DNA of 64,000 nucleotides, from contig OX597830.1 in the NCBI GenBank assembly GCA_951406725.2, positions 42,718,001 through 42,782,000 of the forward strand, in the 5' to 3' direction. Source of the stretch: Octopus vulgaris. Lineage: Eukaryota. Shown here in pieces: positions 1 through 14,144 of the stretch (within the stretch, counting starts at the first letter, position 1; each line of letters starts with the position of its first letter). The notes below the pieces were generated by a model, which had not been told where the DNA came from, made no database searches, and saw only the letters and a program-made list of their open reading frames with translations. Both the position numbers and the translations under genes were made by a program.

Positions 1-77
1 TCACCTTAACAGCTTCAGTTTATTGTGTTAACAATTCATGTTGTTCTTTATTGTTTACTGGTCTTATTGTTTTCTAG

Positions 78-218
78 GTTGCTATCCCTGATGTTATCAA
101 AGCCACTGAAAATGCTGATATTTTAATATTTGTTTTACCACACCAATTTGTTCAAGGAATATGCAGTACCATTAAAGGAACTGTAAAACCTGGAGCAGTA
201 GCTATATCTTTAATCAAA
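78..218 (+). CDS. GPD1: Glycerol-3-phosphate dehydrogenase [NAD+], internal exon (gene begins upstream of window)
   Basis: ttctag| ... |gtaaat, 141 nt; translates VAIPDVIKATENADILIFVLPHQFVQGICSTIKGTVKPGAVAISLIK with the ADILIFV.PHQF and SLIK motifs of GPD1/GPD1L. Confidence 0.95.
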
Positions 219-1038
219 GTAAATAATCAAAATTTATTAATTTTGTTTGCTTTTTTCCTTTTTTTTTTTTTAGAATATTAATCTTCATTTATTATGAAAT
301 GTTTCAACACATTCAATCAGATTCTAAGGAAGAAAGTTTCATCAATTATTTACGTTTTTTCATGTAACTTTTTTTAATGCTGACATTTACCTGTTTGAAA
401 TGATTAAGAATTGAATACTGAATATCAAGCATCATCTGATGATAACACCTTTCTGATTTAGTCATTAAATTGCATAGTGAAACTGTACACAAAACTGCCT
501 ACATACCATCACCTAAAGTTGTAATGAAATCTATAACAAAATCAGAAATATTAGAATGTATTGCTTTTTTTTTTTTTTGTTGTGTCGTCAATATTGTGCT
601 TGATAGATTAGATTGTAATTACGTATTCAAACTATACCAATATAAACAGTGTATATTTGTGTTTTAGTGTCTCTTTATCGTTTCCTAGTATTTCCTCTTA
701 ATGACTGTATTAAGAAAAAAAAACAAAAAACAATTGTATTAATAAATAGTTGAATTAACAAAAATAAAAAATGTTATATTTTCATTAATTTCAACTATAT
801 TTATAGACAAGAAAATAAATCTCAAATTCTCTGTAGCTGGCTGCTGGAAATTTTTTTTCCGTCTTCTAAGAGTAAGCACCCAGTCTTTTTTAGCTGTTTC
901 CACAGAGATACTGCATTCAAAATATACCTTCCTTTCTGTAAAATACCAACACACTTGGTGCTTATAAAGTTTGTTGTCCTTCCTGGAATGAAGCAATTAT
1001 GCAGATAAACAAATTAGACATAATAGCTTGGGTTTGAT

Positions 1039-1522
<484 letters not shown>

Positions 1523-1940
1523 ATATTTAAGTATAAATATATAGATATTTATATTAATAGACCAAACTTACACAGAGAATAAATGTCAGAGAAAATTGAA
1601 GGGGAAGAAGTAAAGTGTTATAAGATCTGTTGGCGGGCTCAGGGATCCATCATAATGTTGGTAGATGTAAGTTCATCAAAATATGAAGCCAATAATAGAA
1701 GCAAATAAACTTTGGATAAATTGAGCCTCCATCATCAGGGTAGAAATCTTATATTTCAGATCATGATACAGAGAAGTTTAAAGGTGGAATATTCCATGTT
1801 GCATATGATCTTCTTCTAAGTTTCCTTCTGCCAATGAGTTTGAAATAATTACATAATATATTCTGTGTGTGTATATATATATATATATATATACATATAG
1901 CTACACACACACACACACACACATATAGAATGTACATATA

Positions 1941-2222
1941 TATTGACTCAGTCCATGTTTAACTTATATAATATCATCATCATCATCGTTTAACGTCCGC
2001 TTTCCATGCTAGCATGGGTTGGACTGTTCGACTGGGGTCTGGGAAGCCAGGAGGCTGCACCAGGCCCAGTCTGAACACTGCCAGATCAGACTGGGCCTGG
2101 TGCAGCCTCCTGGCTTCCCAGACCCCAGTCGAACAGTCCAACCCATGCTAGCATGGAAAGCAGACGTTAAACGATGATGATGATGATGATATTATATAAG
2201 TTAGATATGGACTGAGTCAATA
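1941..2222. repeat. Near-perfect inverted repeat (arms about 135 bp, 11-nt loop) made of two head-to-head RTE tails inside a short palindrome
   Basis: 1941-2074 is the reverse complement of 2086-2222, with 3 visible mismatches and one extra GAT unit. Confidence 0.95.
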
Positions 2223-2374
2223 CTGGTCAAAACCTACGTATAACATAGATATTTTATCTATATATTAGTTATGTAATACATATATGAACATATTTTGTAT
2301 ATTAAATATTTTTGTTTATTTCTGTGCTTGTTTGTATGTGTCTATATAGAATGTGTCTACATATCTTTTACTAG

Positions 2375-2513
2375 GGTTTTGATATGTTTGAAGGAAGCAT
2401 TAGACTTTTGTCTGATGTAATAGCGAGCAATCTTGGAATAGAATGTGCTGTGTTAATGGGTGCCAACCTTGCACATGAAGTGGCAAATGAATTATTTTGT
2501 GAATCAACAATTG
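2375..2513 (+). CDS. GPD1: GPD1-family exon
   Basis: tactag| ... |gtaaat, 139 nt; [47 protein letters not shown] (LMGAN.A.EVA...FCE.TIG motif); phases match neighbouring exons. Confidence 0.95.
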
Positions 2514-3342
2514 GTAAATATCTACTTTTAATTACCCCAATCTTACTTTACACTTGAATTTAAAACATCTCACTTGAAAAAATTGACTGAGAGTAAATAC
2601 TTCTCTTGGTGTTTGTCCTAAAATCTTTCAGTTTCATCAGTTACACAACCCCTTTTTCCATACTCACCAGGCTGAGGTATACTGCTTGCCCAGCCAGGGC
2701 AGATAGACTATATTCATGATGGTCTCGACTGATAGCCAGATCTGTCCTACGCTCAACAATAGTTGTGTGACATAACTCTGCAAGCCAGAAATGCTCAGAT
2801 AATGTCCCAAGTGCATGCAGTGCAGTTTTGTCAGTCTGTACACATCTCAGACACTTCCACCTTGTAGCATTACTTTCTTGTCTGTAGAATTTATCTTGAA
2901 TCATCGGTCTTCCTTAGTAACACTACCTGGTCAAGTATTTCTGGAAGTTCCCAACTCATATGTCTTCTGGAACAGACTATGCGGTTCATCCTCAGCAGTG
3001 CTTAGAGTTTCCATGAGAACATCATTGTTCTCAAATTCAGACAGTGTTATGGCAAACAAGATATACAAGTCAGAGTAGCTGTTTTGTTTTCATTATCCTT
3101 ATGACTACAGCAGCTCAGTTAGTGTATAGTTATGTATCTTACAGTACTGTCACTCCATCTTTCTCTGCAACTATTTATAATAGTAACATATTTGGTTGTT
3201 GGTTTCGGATGTTTCAGTCACTGATTTTCTATATATTTCTTCTGATGGCAAGCATAGCAAAAGATTGTCAGTAATTCTGTGCTATGCAGATATTTCAAGG
3301 GACTTTTTTTGTAGAGCAACGTTTTTATATTTTTATTTTCTC

Positions 3343-3344
3343 AT

Positions 3345-3379
<35 letters not shown>

Positions 3380-3488
3380 AACACACACAAACACAAACAC
3401 ACACACACAAGCACACACAGACACACAAACACACAAGCACACACACAAACACACACAGACATACACATACAAACATGCACATACACAC

Positions 3489-3578
<90 letters not shown>

Positions 3579-3731
3579 GCACACATGCAAACACACACAG
3601 ACCTATACACACAAGCACACATACAAACACACACAGACATACACATGCAAACACATGCAGAAACACACATACACAAACATACATGCACACACTCACAGAC
3701 ACACACACACACACACACACATGCACACACA
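3343..3731. repeat. (CA)n-rich compound microsatellite
   Basis: Read directly; source of spurious HT/CV ORFs. Confidence 0.98.
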
Positions 3732-3839
3732 GTGCATCTATAAACTGTAAAAAAAGGGGAACTCTTATAACCCAATTAACTTTGCTTTTGAGTTACAGAA
3801 AAGTTTCAATAAAACGTGTTTCTTAACAGAATAATAATA

Positions 3840-4360
3840 ATCCTATTTATCATAGGCACAAGGCCTGAAATTTTGCAAGGAGTGGGAACTTGATTACATC
3901 AACCCCAGTACTCAAATGATACTTACTTTTTCTTAACCTTGAAAGAATGAAAAGCAAAGTCAACCTCAGTGGAATTTGAACTCAGTCGGGCTAAGTGCCA
4001 CAAAGCATTTTGTCTGGTTTGCTAACGATTCTGCCAACTCACCACTTTAATAATGATAATAATAATGATGATGATAATGATAACAATGATGATGATGATA
4101 ATAATAATAATAATAATAATAATAATAGTAATAATAATAATAATAATCCTTTCCACTGAAGGCACGTGGCCTCAAATTAGTGAGGAGGAGACTAGTTGAT
4201 TACATTGACCTCAGTACTTGACTGGTAATTTATTGACCCCGAAAGGATGAAAGGCAAAGTCAACCTCATTGGAATTTGAACTCCGAATGTAATGATGGGT
4301 GAAATACTGCTAAGCATTTAATCCAGTGTGCTGATGATTCTGCCAGATTGTCACCTTAAT
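3840..4360 (-). mobile_element. Two tandem tRNA-derived SINE copies (family of 50059..50295)
   Basis: Each has the reverse complement of the B-box-like gagttcaaattcc and the core gactttgcctttcatcc, separated by (AAT)n. Other copies at about 14710-14900(-), 21330-21540(+), 27280-27490(+), 32875-33010(+) and 37290-37400(+). Confidence 0.8.
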
Positions 4361-5345
4361 AACAACAACAACAGCAACAACAACAACAATAATGATTTCT
4401 TTTGGCAGTAGGGCGAAGGATGACAGGACAATATATAATAATACCAACAACAATATCTAGGACTACATCATCCTATGTCCTTCCATTTTTAGGATCAGTT
4501 GAGGGAGTTTTGACTGCTACTAATTGTAGCAGATTGATCAACTGTATAGAGAGTCCATCATTAACTTGTGTAGAGAGCTGTATTGAAGAGAAGTGAAGCA
4601 AACTTGAGACCAGTGCAGTAATAGTAGAGGTTAACAGAGCTCACTACATAAAAAGAGGTTATAGTTTAAAAGATCCTTTTACAAATGTGAACAATTCTCA
4701 TTTTTATGTCTGAGAAAGTATTTTATCCATTGGTATCATATTTTGCTGACTGACATTTGAATAAAGAAAAGCTTTCCTGATTTAAAATACAAGATACATA
4801 TTTGGTATACACTGTTAGTATAAGAAGGCAATTTTTAACTTAAATAAATGTTATTATTCAGCATCATTTTGATGCAGTTGTAAGAATAAGCAATTAGCAA
4901 ATTACTTAATATGGAGCTGTTCATGAGAAGTGACACAGTGTTATAGTCCTTTTTTTTTCTTGATAATAAGTAATATCTTGTTATTGTTAAAATTTACCAG
5001 GTTATCACATCCATTGTTGCTGATACAGGAAAAGGGTATGACAATATGATATCTAAAACAAAGTATTATACCTTACTAAAATTTATTTATCTAATTTTAT
5101 CCTTAAGTTTTTAATACTCATTTCTGCTCCTTGTTCCCATTTTCTTTTCCTCTTTTCCTGCTTAGTTCTAACTTATGTTTTGTAATTGTGTCTCTTGTAA
5201 ATTATATTTATTCATTTATATTTTTGTTCCCCTAAATGGATAATACTACCATTTTAAATAAGTAATATTTCACTGCTAAACTTCCTGCTTTCATTCCATT
5301 CGATCCAAGGATTAAAGGTCAAGCACAAAGATAAACAATGTTTGT

Positions 5346-5728
5346 ATCATCATCATCATCATCATCGTTTAACGTCCGCTTTCCGCACTAGCACGGGTTG
5401 GACGGTTTGACCGGGTCTGGGAAGCCAGGGGCCGCACCAGGCTCCAGTCTGAATCTGGCAGAGTTTCTACGGCTGGATGCCCTTCCTAACGCCAACCACT
5501 CCGTGAGTGGATTGGGTGCTTTTTACGTGCCACCTGCACAGGGGCCGGAGGGTCCGGCATCGTCACGATCGGTTCGAGCATTTTAACGTGTCAGCGGCAC
5601 GGGGGCAACGAGGTCCGGGGTACTTTGGGGATCCAGGGTACTTTGGGGATCTGGGGTACTTATATGTGGAATTGCTGCAGAAAGCAGCCCAGGTCTTTGT
5701 AGTCACAGCATTTATCGTCACTGAGTAA
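5346..5728 (-). mobile_element. RTE-type 3' tail (young, CpG-retaining subfamily)
   Basis: (CAT)n followed by cgtttaacgtccgctttcc..., the reverse complement of the RTE tail. Confidence 0.8.
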
Positions 5729-6315
5729 GGAAGGGTTGGTGTAGGTTCCTAAGAAATAAAGACATTCGTTATCGTCACTGAGTAACGTTATTAGGTAGAG
5801 GAAAGAATACAGATATTCTAGAGTTGAGTTGGGGAGGGGGGGTCCAGTTGAGGTGGGTAATATAGGGGAGCAACCAGTGGGGAAGGTTGGGGTAAGGAGG
5901 AACGATGGCAGGAAGGGTTGGTGTAGGTTCCTAAGAAATAAAAACGTAGGATATTACGAGGCGGGAGGGTGCTAAAGGGGGATAGTCGGAATGAAGCAGT
6001 GTCCGGAGGAAGCGTAAGATCGGTGGGCAGTTGATGAGCTATGGCGCTAGCAGCTTGTCTTTTCACAGTGAAAGCATATGAGGAGAAGGGGTAGTGGGGG
6101 GAGGAGGAGGGAGTAGGGCTTACCCGGTGTAGATGAGTAAGGCGTATCCGGTGTAGATGGTGAGGACAGGGTATACTGGTATTGGTGGTGGGGGGTGAGG
6201 AACAGTGTTCACCAGTATTGGTGGTGTTGGCGGTGAGAACAGTGTTCACCGGTATTGGTGGTGGGGGTGAGAACAGTGTTCATCGGTATTGGTGGTGGGG
6301 GTGGGGGGCGGGCGC

Positions 6316-7193
6316 ACCGCCAATGGCTGAAAGATGGCTGAAAGATGGGAAGAGATGGGAAGAGATGGGATTACGGCTTGAGGTAGCCTCGCCTAAGGTT
6401 AAATTTTGTAGAGAGAGAGATAGAAAGATAAATCAAGTTATGGCGAAGGCTTGAAAGTAGCCTTAAAAGGTTAAATTTTCGTAACAATGTATGAATAAAC
6501 GTAGTAACAACGAATGGAAATATTAAGATAAATTTTTAAAGAACTTGCTGCGGACATCGATCGGGAGTTGAAATTTAAGAAGTAAGTTAGTTGAATTGGG
6601 AATTTAAATTGTAGAATCGTAATGGTAAGAGGAGGAAAAAAGACCGCCAATGGCTGAAAGATGGCTGAAAGATGGCTGAAAGATGGGAAGAGATGGGAAG
6701 AGATGGGATTACGGCTTGAGGTAGCCTCGCCTAAGGTTAAATTTTGTAGAGAGAGAGATAGAAAGATAAATCAAGTTATGGCGAAGGCTTGAAAGTAGCC
6801 TTAAAAGGTTAAATTTTCGTAACAATGTATGAATAAACGTAGTAACAACGAATGGAAATATTAAGATAAATTTTTAAAGAACTTGCTGCGGACATCGATC
6901 GGGAGTTGAAATTTAAGAAGTAAGTTAGTTGAATTGGGAATTTAAATTGTAGAATCGTAATGGTAAGAGGAGGAAAAAAGACCGCCAATGGCTGAAAGAT
7001 GGCTGAAAGATGGCTGAAAGATGGGAAGAGATGGGAAGAGATGGGATTACGGCTTGAGGTAGCCTCGCCTAAGGTTAAATTTTGTAGAGAGAGAGATAGA
7101 AAGATAAATCAAGTTATGGCGAAGGCTTGAAAGTAGCCTTAAAAGGTTAAATTTTCGTAACAATGTATGAATAAACGTAGTAACAACGAATGG
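6316..7193. repeat. Tandem array, about 2.6 near-identical monomers of 327-338 bp
   Basis: accgccaatggctgaaag... starts at 6316, 6643 and 6981; the length difference is one extra 11-bp atggctgaaag unit. Confidence 0.95.
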
Positions 7194-7288
7194 TTGTTAT
7201 TTTAATGTCTTCCATCTTGTAAAACTGTCTTATTTTAGCTTCAATTAACTGAAAGGTCACAAAAACCCACTGACTAAAAAGTGTGTGT

Positions 7289-7335
<47 letters not shown>

Positions 7336-7342
7336 CAGTTTC

Positions 7343-8857
7343 TAGGGCTGGGTACAGCTAACCAAAAAGTTAGCTTTGCTAACTGCTAATCCACTAAATA
7401 AGAAAGTTAGCTTTGCAAATGCTAAACCGTTAAACAAGTAAAAAAATTAGTGGAAGCTAACACTAAATGATAACTTTTATCATGAATTTAGTTTGGGTTT
7501 GATTTGGGGGGCGGTCTAAAACCCCTAAAAACAGACCTAGAGAGCTAAAATTTTCATGTTGTAGCTTTTCCAAAAAGGTATAGCATGCCAAGATCAGCTG
7601 ATGATTAAGGTGTTTGCAAACAATTAAACGAACAAATGAAATTAAACATTAGTTTTTCAGTCAACATACACTTTATTTATTGTACAAAAAGTATTAGATG
7701 AATCAAAAAGGTATAGTATAGCATAGGTATCATGTCAAGATCAATTGATGGCCTTCTCCATTGCTTTGATGTGATGCTGGTTGCCCTTCATAGACATCAG
7801 TCTCTCAAAGTTACCATCTGACAGGGTGACTCTCTTGGCCCTCAAAATATCTTTGCCTATACAGAACAGGCACTCAACTGCAGCACTGGATGGTATAGTG
7901 ATGTTATACTTGGTGAATACGTTGATCATGACCTGCTCACCCAAAAATGATACTTCAGTGAGGACCTCATTTGAGACGGCCTCCAGCCAGATCTTCATCA
8001 AGTTCTGCATCTGTAGCTCCTGCTCTCCTGGAATCGAGTGATGTTACTAAAGAAATCATCTTCCTCATCCTCATCGCTGGTGGTGCTGCCACTCTCCTCA
8101 TTGGTCTCCATTTGGGCTGCTTCTATGATGGTCTCCATGGTGTCCATTACTCTGCTAACCTGGCTGTTATTATAGTGCTCCAGTTAGAACAGGTGAAACT
8201 TGGGGTGGAAGGCAGTGGCCAGCTGGCACTCCACTCATCAGTAATGGTCACTTCACTACAGCCAGTAGAGGCCAACTTACTCTGTCAATATTATGGAGAA
8301 TGCCATTGGAATCAGTGACTGATTACACAAAATGGCAGTGTGAAAATTATAAAATAATCAAGGTGGCTAACAGCAATTTAAAACCAACAAGGAAATAATT
8401 CACTGTCACTTTATATAAACTAACGAAGAGTATAATCGAGGCCTACTAAAAAAAGAAAAAAAGTAAACTAGCCTCTCATCCGCATCTCCATGTAAGCCGC
8501 AATGGTTTTTGTGAGCATGTGATCTGTACAATTTTTTGTGGGTTAGAAGTGGGCAGGACATTTGATTGTAGTATCTTATAATCATGTTTTGTTTAAAGAA
8601 ATCACACAAATTGTAGTTTAACTTTTGTTATTAGGCTGTTCTAAATTCATGGAAATATTGCTTATAATTTAAAGTCTTGTTCTTAAACTTTTGAAAATAG
8701 TGACACTACCTTGATAGGTAACACAGTGGGGGTGAGGAATTACTGAGATGAGGGATGGAATGATGGTCGGAATTTGATAATTTCAGAACTTAAGGTTCAT
8801 TCATTTGTTATTTCATTAAAGACTGCTGTTTTGGCTGTGAAAACTTAATCATGAGTG

Positions 8858-8903
<46 letters not shown>

Positions 8904-10086
8904 TGTATATTATATATTATGGCATTTATTTCAATTAGCTATTATACATTTTATTACATTAATTAAGAAAATAATCATTTAATAAATGATTAAATAATGA
9001 AGTTAAATTAAGGAAATATGAAATACACCATAATAATAATTTAATCTTGTTTAATTTTAATTTATAAATACCTTGTAAGGTACTCCTCCAGCTGTTCATG
9101 GCTGGCCAAGATTATCCTGCCTAGGGTGCGACGGGACATCTATGTCTTGCTGGGGTTCAGCCTCTTGATCAGGGTGACCAAGGTGGAGTCCACCACATGC
9201 CGTGGTAGCATGTTGTTGACAAACAGCTCTACAATCCTATCCACCATAAACTGACTGATGCCAGTGCCAGAAGTTTGGGCAAATGCCTTGCCAATGCTGG
9301 GCTGGTGCGCTTTCTTTGCACATGGCTGGGACAACTGGCTACTGGCTCTGCTACCAGAAGATTGTCTATGTTTCCCACGGGAAGAGCCGGCTTTGATCTT
9401 TTCCTCAAACTGAATGGCATGTGCTGGGTGTTTCCTCTTGACATACAACTTCAAGTTGTAGAAGCTTGCCGCTTGCCGGTGGTCCCCTTAGGCTGGCACA
9501 TGACACACCGGAAGTATAGGATTTTGGCGTTCCTCTTATCCCTTGATGTAAAGACAAAGTAGTCCTCCATATGGGGACATGGGTTCTGAGACTTTGGCTT
9601 TCAACCTGAGCGACCTTTGCCTCACTCACAGCCATTGCAGACTCCTCAACGGGCCCTTCATCCTCAGGCTGAACAAAAATGTCTTTACCTTCCATAACGA
9701 TAAGCAATAACTTAATAAGCTGATAACATACGTTGCTGTTGCCGACACTGTAGGACTGTCTGTAATGTGTTGACGTCCTAAGTGAACATAACCCAAAACT
9801 GCAAAATTACACAATGCTGCTTAGCTAGCTGCTACTGCATCGACCAATCATGTCTTGTCACATGTACATGTCATCAGCCAATAGCATGCCTGATGGACTC
9901 TTCAAGACATGCTCACAACAGACAAGAACAAACATATGAACTTTATTAGCATACTTAAAGTTAGCAGAACTAAATTTAACGGAAGCTAATTGATCTGTTA
10001 ACAGTTTCCAAAGTTAGTAAAAATGCTAATCCACTAAACGAAAAGTTAGCTTCACAAATTAGCTGATAGCAGATTAGCAAAACTGT
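7343..10086 (-). mobile_element. Degenerate hAT-superfamily DNA transposon
   Basis: 7741-8010(-) encodes a hAT C-terminal dimerisation motif (IPSSAAVECLF...R..LSD.NFERL..MK.N). About 9140-9590(-) has BED-finger-like remnants (YFRCVMCQPK, VKRKHP). Both ends carry ttagc/gctaa subterminal repeats. Left terminus is TAGGGCTGGG; right TIR eroded. Confidence 0.8.
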
Positions 10087-10667
10087 CTGTTTCTTTCTTT
10101 TTGTGTATTATTTTACATTTGACCTAATTTTGATTGTGAATATTGACAATAGAGAAACTAGATAAAGCCTTGTCCTTGCCACTGTATTTGTAGGAGCAGC
10201 AGCAGCAGCACCAGTATGTATATATATACATTCATGTAAAATGCTGGTGCTACGTAAAAAGCATCTAGTCCACTTTGTGAAGTGGTTAGCCTTAGGACAG
10301 GCATCCAACCATAGAAACCATGTCAAAACACACAATTAGAGCCTGGTGTAGCTCTCCAGCTGGCTAGCTCCTGTCAAACCATCCAACTCCTCATGGAAAA
10401 CAGATGTTAAATAATGATGAGGATGATACACACACACGCATGCACACATGCACACACACACACATACTCATTCAGGATGTATGCCCCAAAGACATCTATA
10501 CACACACTGTATAAAAGCTAATGTTTATTAGAATACACTCCATTTTCAAAATTTAATAGAATCTACTGATAGAATTTAATTTTTTTATGAGCCTCTATTT
10601 TCAAACAGATGACCATTCTGGTCCATGTACCGCTGATAATGTGAAGCAATAGAATCACAACCATTAA

Positions 10668-10669
10668 TG

Positions 10670-10703
<34 letters not shown>

Positions 10704-12560
10704 CAACAACAACAACAATGAAATTATTGTGTATAGTGCTCAGGTGCACTACAGCTTATCAAAGGTGCATGTACAATACATAGAATTATGTTCAAAAGTC
10801 AGGAACGTGAACAGTGTATGAGTCATGATATACGTGTGTGCATACATATGGATGGAGGGGGATTTTAGGTGTAGTGTTGGCGAATTTCAAGAAGCATGGC
10901 GGTTTTAAAGGATGCAATGTCTCAGCATCTAACAACTGATGCAAGAAGTTTGTTCCATGCTTCAGCAACACTGAGTGTTAAATAATGTTTCTGAAAGTCA
11001 TGGGAGCTGTGCTGTTTTCTAACTTTGTAGGAATGCCCACATGTGTGTAGGAATTACACACATGGAGTTCAAAAAGGTGCTCAAGGTGGTTGTTGGCACT
11101 ATGGTTAATAAATTTGTGGGTGTCTACCAAGTCAGTTGCCAGATGTTGGAGCTTCAATGTATCTATGCCCAGGGAAGCAAGGCATTCAGAGTATGGTAGA
11201 TGCCTGATGGAGGGTAATTGCTTGGTTGCATGTCCCTGAACAGTTTCCAGGAGGTCAATGTCCTGAGTAAGATAGGGGTTCCAGACTAGTGATGCAAATT
11301 CCAAGTGTAGCCACACCATAGCCATATACAACCTTAAATAGATAACTGGAGGGTGGCTGACAAAGGTCTTGCTGAGTGATGCTAAGACACTCTCAGCCTT
11401 CTTGTCAATTTTAGAGATGTGCTTTGTTCAGTGCAAATTGCTGCCGACAGTAATGCCCAGGTCACGTTCACAAGAAGACTCCTTGATTTTAGTGTTGTGG
11501 ATGGAGTATGTGGATGCTGGGTTTTTCCTCCTAAAATGCATGGTGGTATACTTGTCCACAGCCAGTTTGAGTTGCCAGTCTGTGATCCATTGCTGCATTG
11601 TGTCTATATCTGATTGCAGGAAAGATCTATAGTGTTCAGGATCTGTCCTTTTTATCTCAAGGTACAGCTTGATATCATCTGTATATTTCAGCTCTGTGGC
11701 ATTTTTTAAGTTGGCATCTATGTCATTAATGTATGCAACAAACAAAAGGGGACCAAAAAGAAATCCCTGTGGTACACCAGATAACATCTCATAGAGTAAA
11801 AAATGCTGTCCTAGAACCATGACTATCTTTTTTTGGCTGAGAATGAAGGAATCCAACCAGTTAAAAAGATCATCCTTCACACCCATTACAGAGAATTTTG
11901 CTATAAGTCTTTTGTGTGGCACAGAATTAAAAGCTTTAGCAAAATCAAGGTAAACAACATTCACCCATGAGCTGCCATCAGTGACCTGGGTGATGTCTTC
12001 AAGAAGCTTGATAAGTTGATCACAGCAGCTGGAGTGAGGGATGAATACAAATTGTGAGGGCCAGATAAGGCTGTGAGAATTCCAAAAGTTACTGAGTGTT
12101 CCTCTGACACAGGGTTTCATGCAGCTAGTAGGACTGACTGGGTGATAGTTGACAGGTAACATGCGGTCACCCTTTTTGATCAGAGGAATGACACTGGTAA
12201 TTAAGAACATTTCATTCTGTATTTGTCTGGATTCTTGATTAATGCCTGCTCTCATTTCATCAACTGTTGCTGATTTTTGTACTATAGACTTTATGTTTTA
12301 AGTATCCCCACAAATAAAATGTCCAGTTGTGTGTGGTTCAGTGAATGGTGGAAGATATTCCACTGAACTTCTTTGTCCAGTCTAATCAAGATAGGCCCTT
12401 ACATTACTGTGGTAATATTGGGCTGCTCATCTTGCTGCAAATAAAACTCCAGATTCTCTTGAATGCTTGGCATAACAGATTGTTACAGCAAGTTCAAGTA
12501 AGCAGGGGCAGTCAGAGTATCATACAAAAAGAATGGTTCAATTAATCCTCTAATGATAAG
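10668..12560 (-). mobile_element. CR1-clade LINE, 5'-truncated and degenerate
   Basis: ORFs 11428-12255 (YLDFAKAFNSVPH, GVPQG, YTDD) and 10978-11331 (HLEFASLVWNPYL...); (ATT)n-type tail at about 10668-10718. Confidence 0.9.
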
Positions 12561-12764
12561 CTACACCGTACTTAATTCTTGGTAAATCAATATGTTGTTC
12601 TTCTATAATATGTGGATTCTCTAATTCCTACTAGGTGTAGATGGGGTGGTTAATTAAGCTATTTGATTTAAATGTAGCCTCATTACTCCAATGGCCTTTG
12701 TTTGGAAAGTGTGCTTCTTCTACACATCTTGCCAAGTAAAAATGGTAAAGATAAAGACTCTCTT

Positions 12765-13030
12765 CAGTTATGAATGGCCATGGGATGCACTAGAAAGTTC
12801 CCATCTGAGGCATGAGTTTAGGCAAGGTCATTGATGGAAGACTAGCAGTTGTTCATACATACCAGCCTCCCCTCTCCACACCACTGATGTTATCCAAGGG
12901 AAAGGCAAAGGCTGATATAGCTTGGCACCAGTGTCGTCACAACATGAAATCAAGTGTCTTGCTCAAAAACACAACACAAAGCCCAGTCTGAAAATCAAAC
13001 TCTCTACCTCATGATTGTGAACCTGATGAT
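12765..13030 (-). mobile_element. Degenerate tRNA-derived SINE fragment
   Basis: aagtgtcttgctcaa...acacaacac core shared with the SINEs at 25578 and 60365. Confidence 0.55.
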
Positions 13031-13237
13031 CCAGACAGAAGAGTGGTACTAAAGCATATGGCTCACTGTCTGGATCATCTTCATTGAGAGCATGGACTAT
13101 TCTTGTAATGTAATTTTTCCAATAATAGAACAAATAATTATACATAAAGCTAAATATATACATAACTATATACATATGCATAACTACATACACAATCACA
13201 CATACTAAGTAACTAATATGTATGTATGTATGTAGAA

Positions 13238-13270
<33 letters not shown>

Positions 13271-14031
13271 AAGAAAGAAAGAGAGAGAGAGAGTAATAAT
13301 GTATATTTTATTCTAATATCTTTATATTGAGCTTTCTATATTGATCTATACATTTTTATACCTTCTATTTTATTCATTTTTATTAATTCTGATCTTTATT
13401 CTTTGTCAACTACACCAAAATAAGAGGTATGCACCCAATGCACTAAATCTAGAACCCTGTTTCAGTTTCTGGCTGAGCCCATCTTACATTACTAACATCA
13501 CTAATATTTTGAGAAAATCATGAATGTAACAATAATTTCATCTACCTTTTAAATTTGAGGCTTTGTGCTTGTATAAGAAATGTTATTTGTAAAATTGGGT
13601 TGTGAACTCATAATTGAGGCACTATTTTATGTAAGCTTTTCTTTGTCTCGTAACTGTTTTAAATGGATGAAACTAAAGCAAAAGATATTGATTTTCCCTT
13701 GTTCCACTTTGAATGGTGTGAAAGGTCGTACATTTTCACTCTTATGATTTTGGGTTTAGCCAGTACATTTGGCAGCTTGCTGTCATTTGTGAACTAGAGC
13801 TACAAGTCTTTAATCATATATTTCTGCCTACAGAATAAGTAAGCACAATTACTCAATTAACTTACTTAAACATTTCCTTAAAACTCTAAGCTCGTCTTCA
13901 AAGAAATAAAAGCCAGGGGTGGGGGCTGGGGGAGACCGAAAGAAAAGAAAACAAAAAAAAAACATTCTCAAATAGATTTAAGTGAATCCAAGAAGTAAAA
14001 AAGAATTGAAAAATTTGTTGATATTTTCCAG

Positions 14032-14144
14032 GTTGCAAAAAAAAAGAAGTAGGGCTTTTAATGAAAAATTTATTTGATACAACTTATTTCCGATGCTCAG
14101 TTGTTGAAGATGCTGCAACAGTTGAAGCTTGTGGGGCATTAAAG
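14032..14144 (+). CDS. GPD1: GPD1-family exon
   Basis: ttccag| ... |gtaaac, 113 nt; [37 protein letters not shown] (catalytic Lys of ALKN). Confidence 0.95.

Noticed and set aside
2641-3060. Possible piggyBac C-terminal Cys-rich remnant (TRWKCLRC...LH) on the minus strand
   Set aside because: Similarity is too short and no TIR or TTAA ends were found
3196-3826. Long ORFs rich in HT/CV/YI/MYVC (also near 35842-36478, 40821-41068, 42329-42637, 50840-51634 and 54683-55127)
   Set aside because: They are translations of (CA)n, (TA)n and (TACA)n microsatellites, which lack stop codons
6365-6485. Twister or hammerhead ribozyme in the monomer hairpins (GGCT...AGCC)
   Set aside because: Core residues and pseudoknot pairings could not be matched by eye
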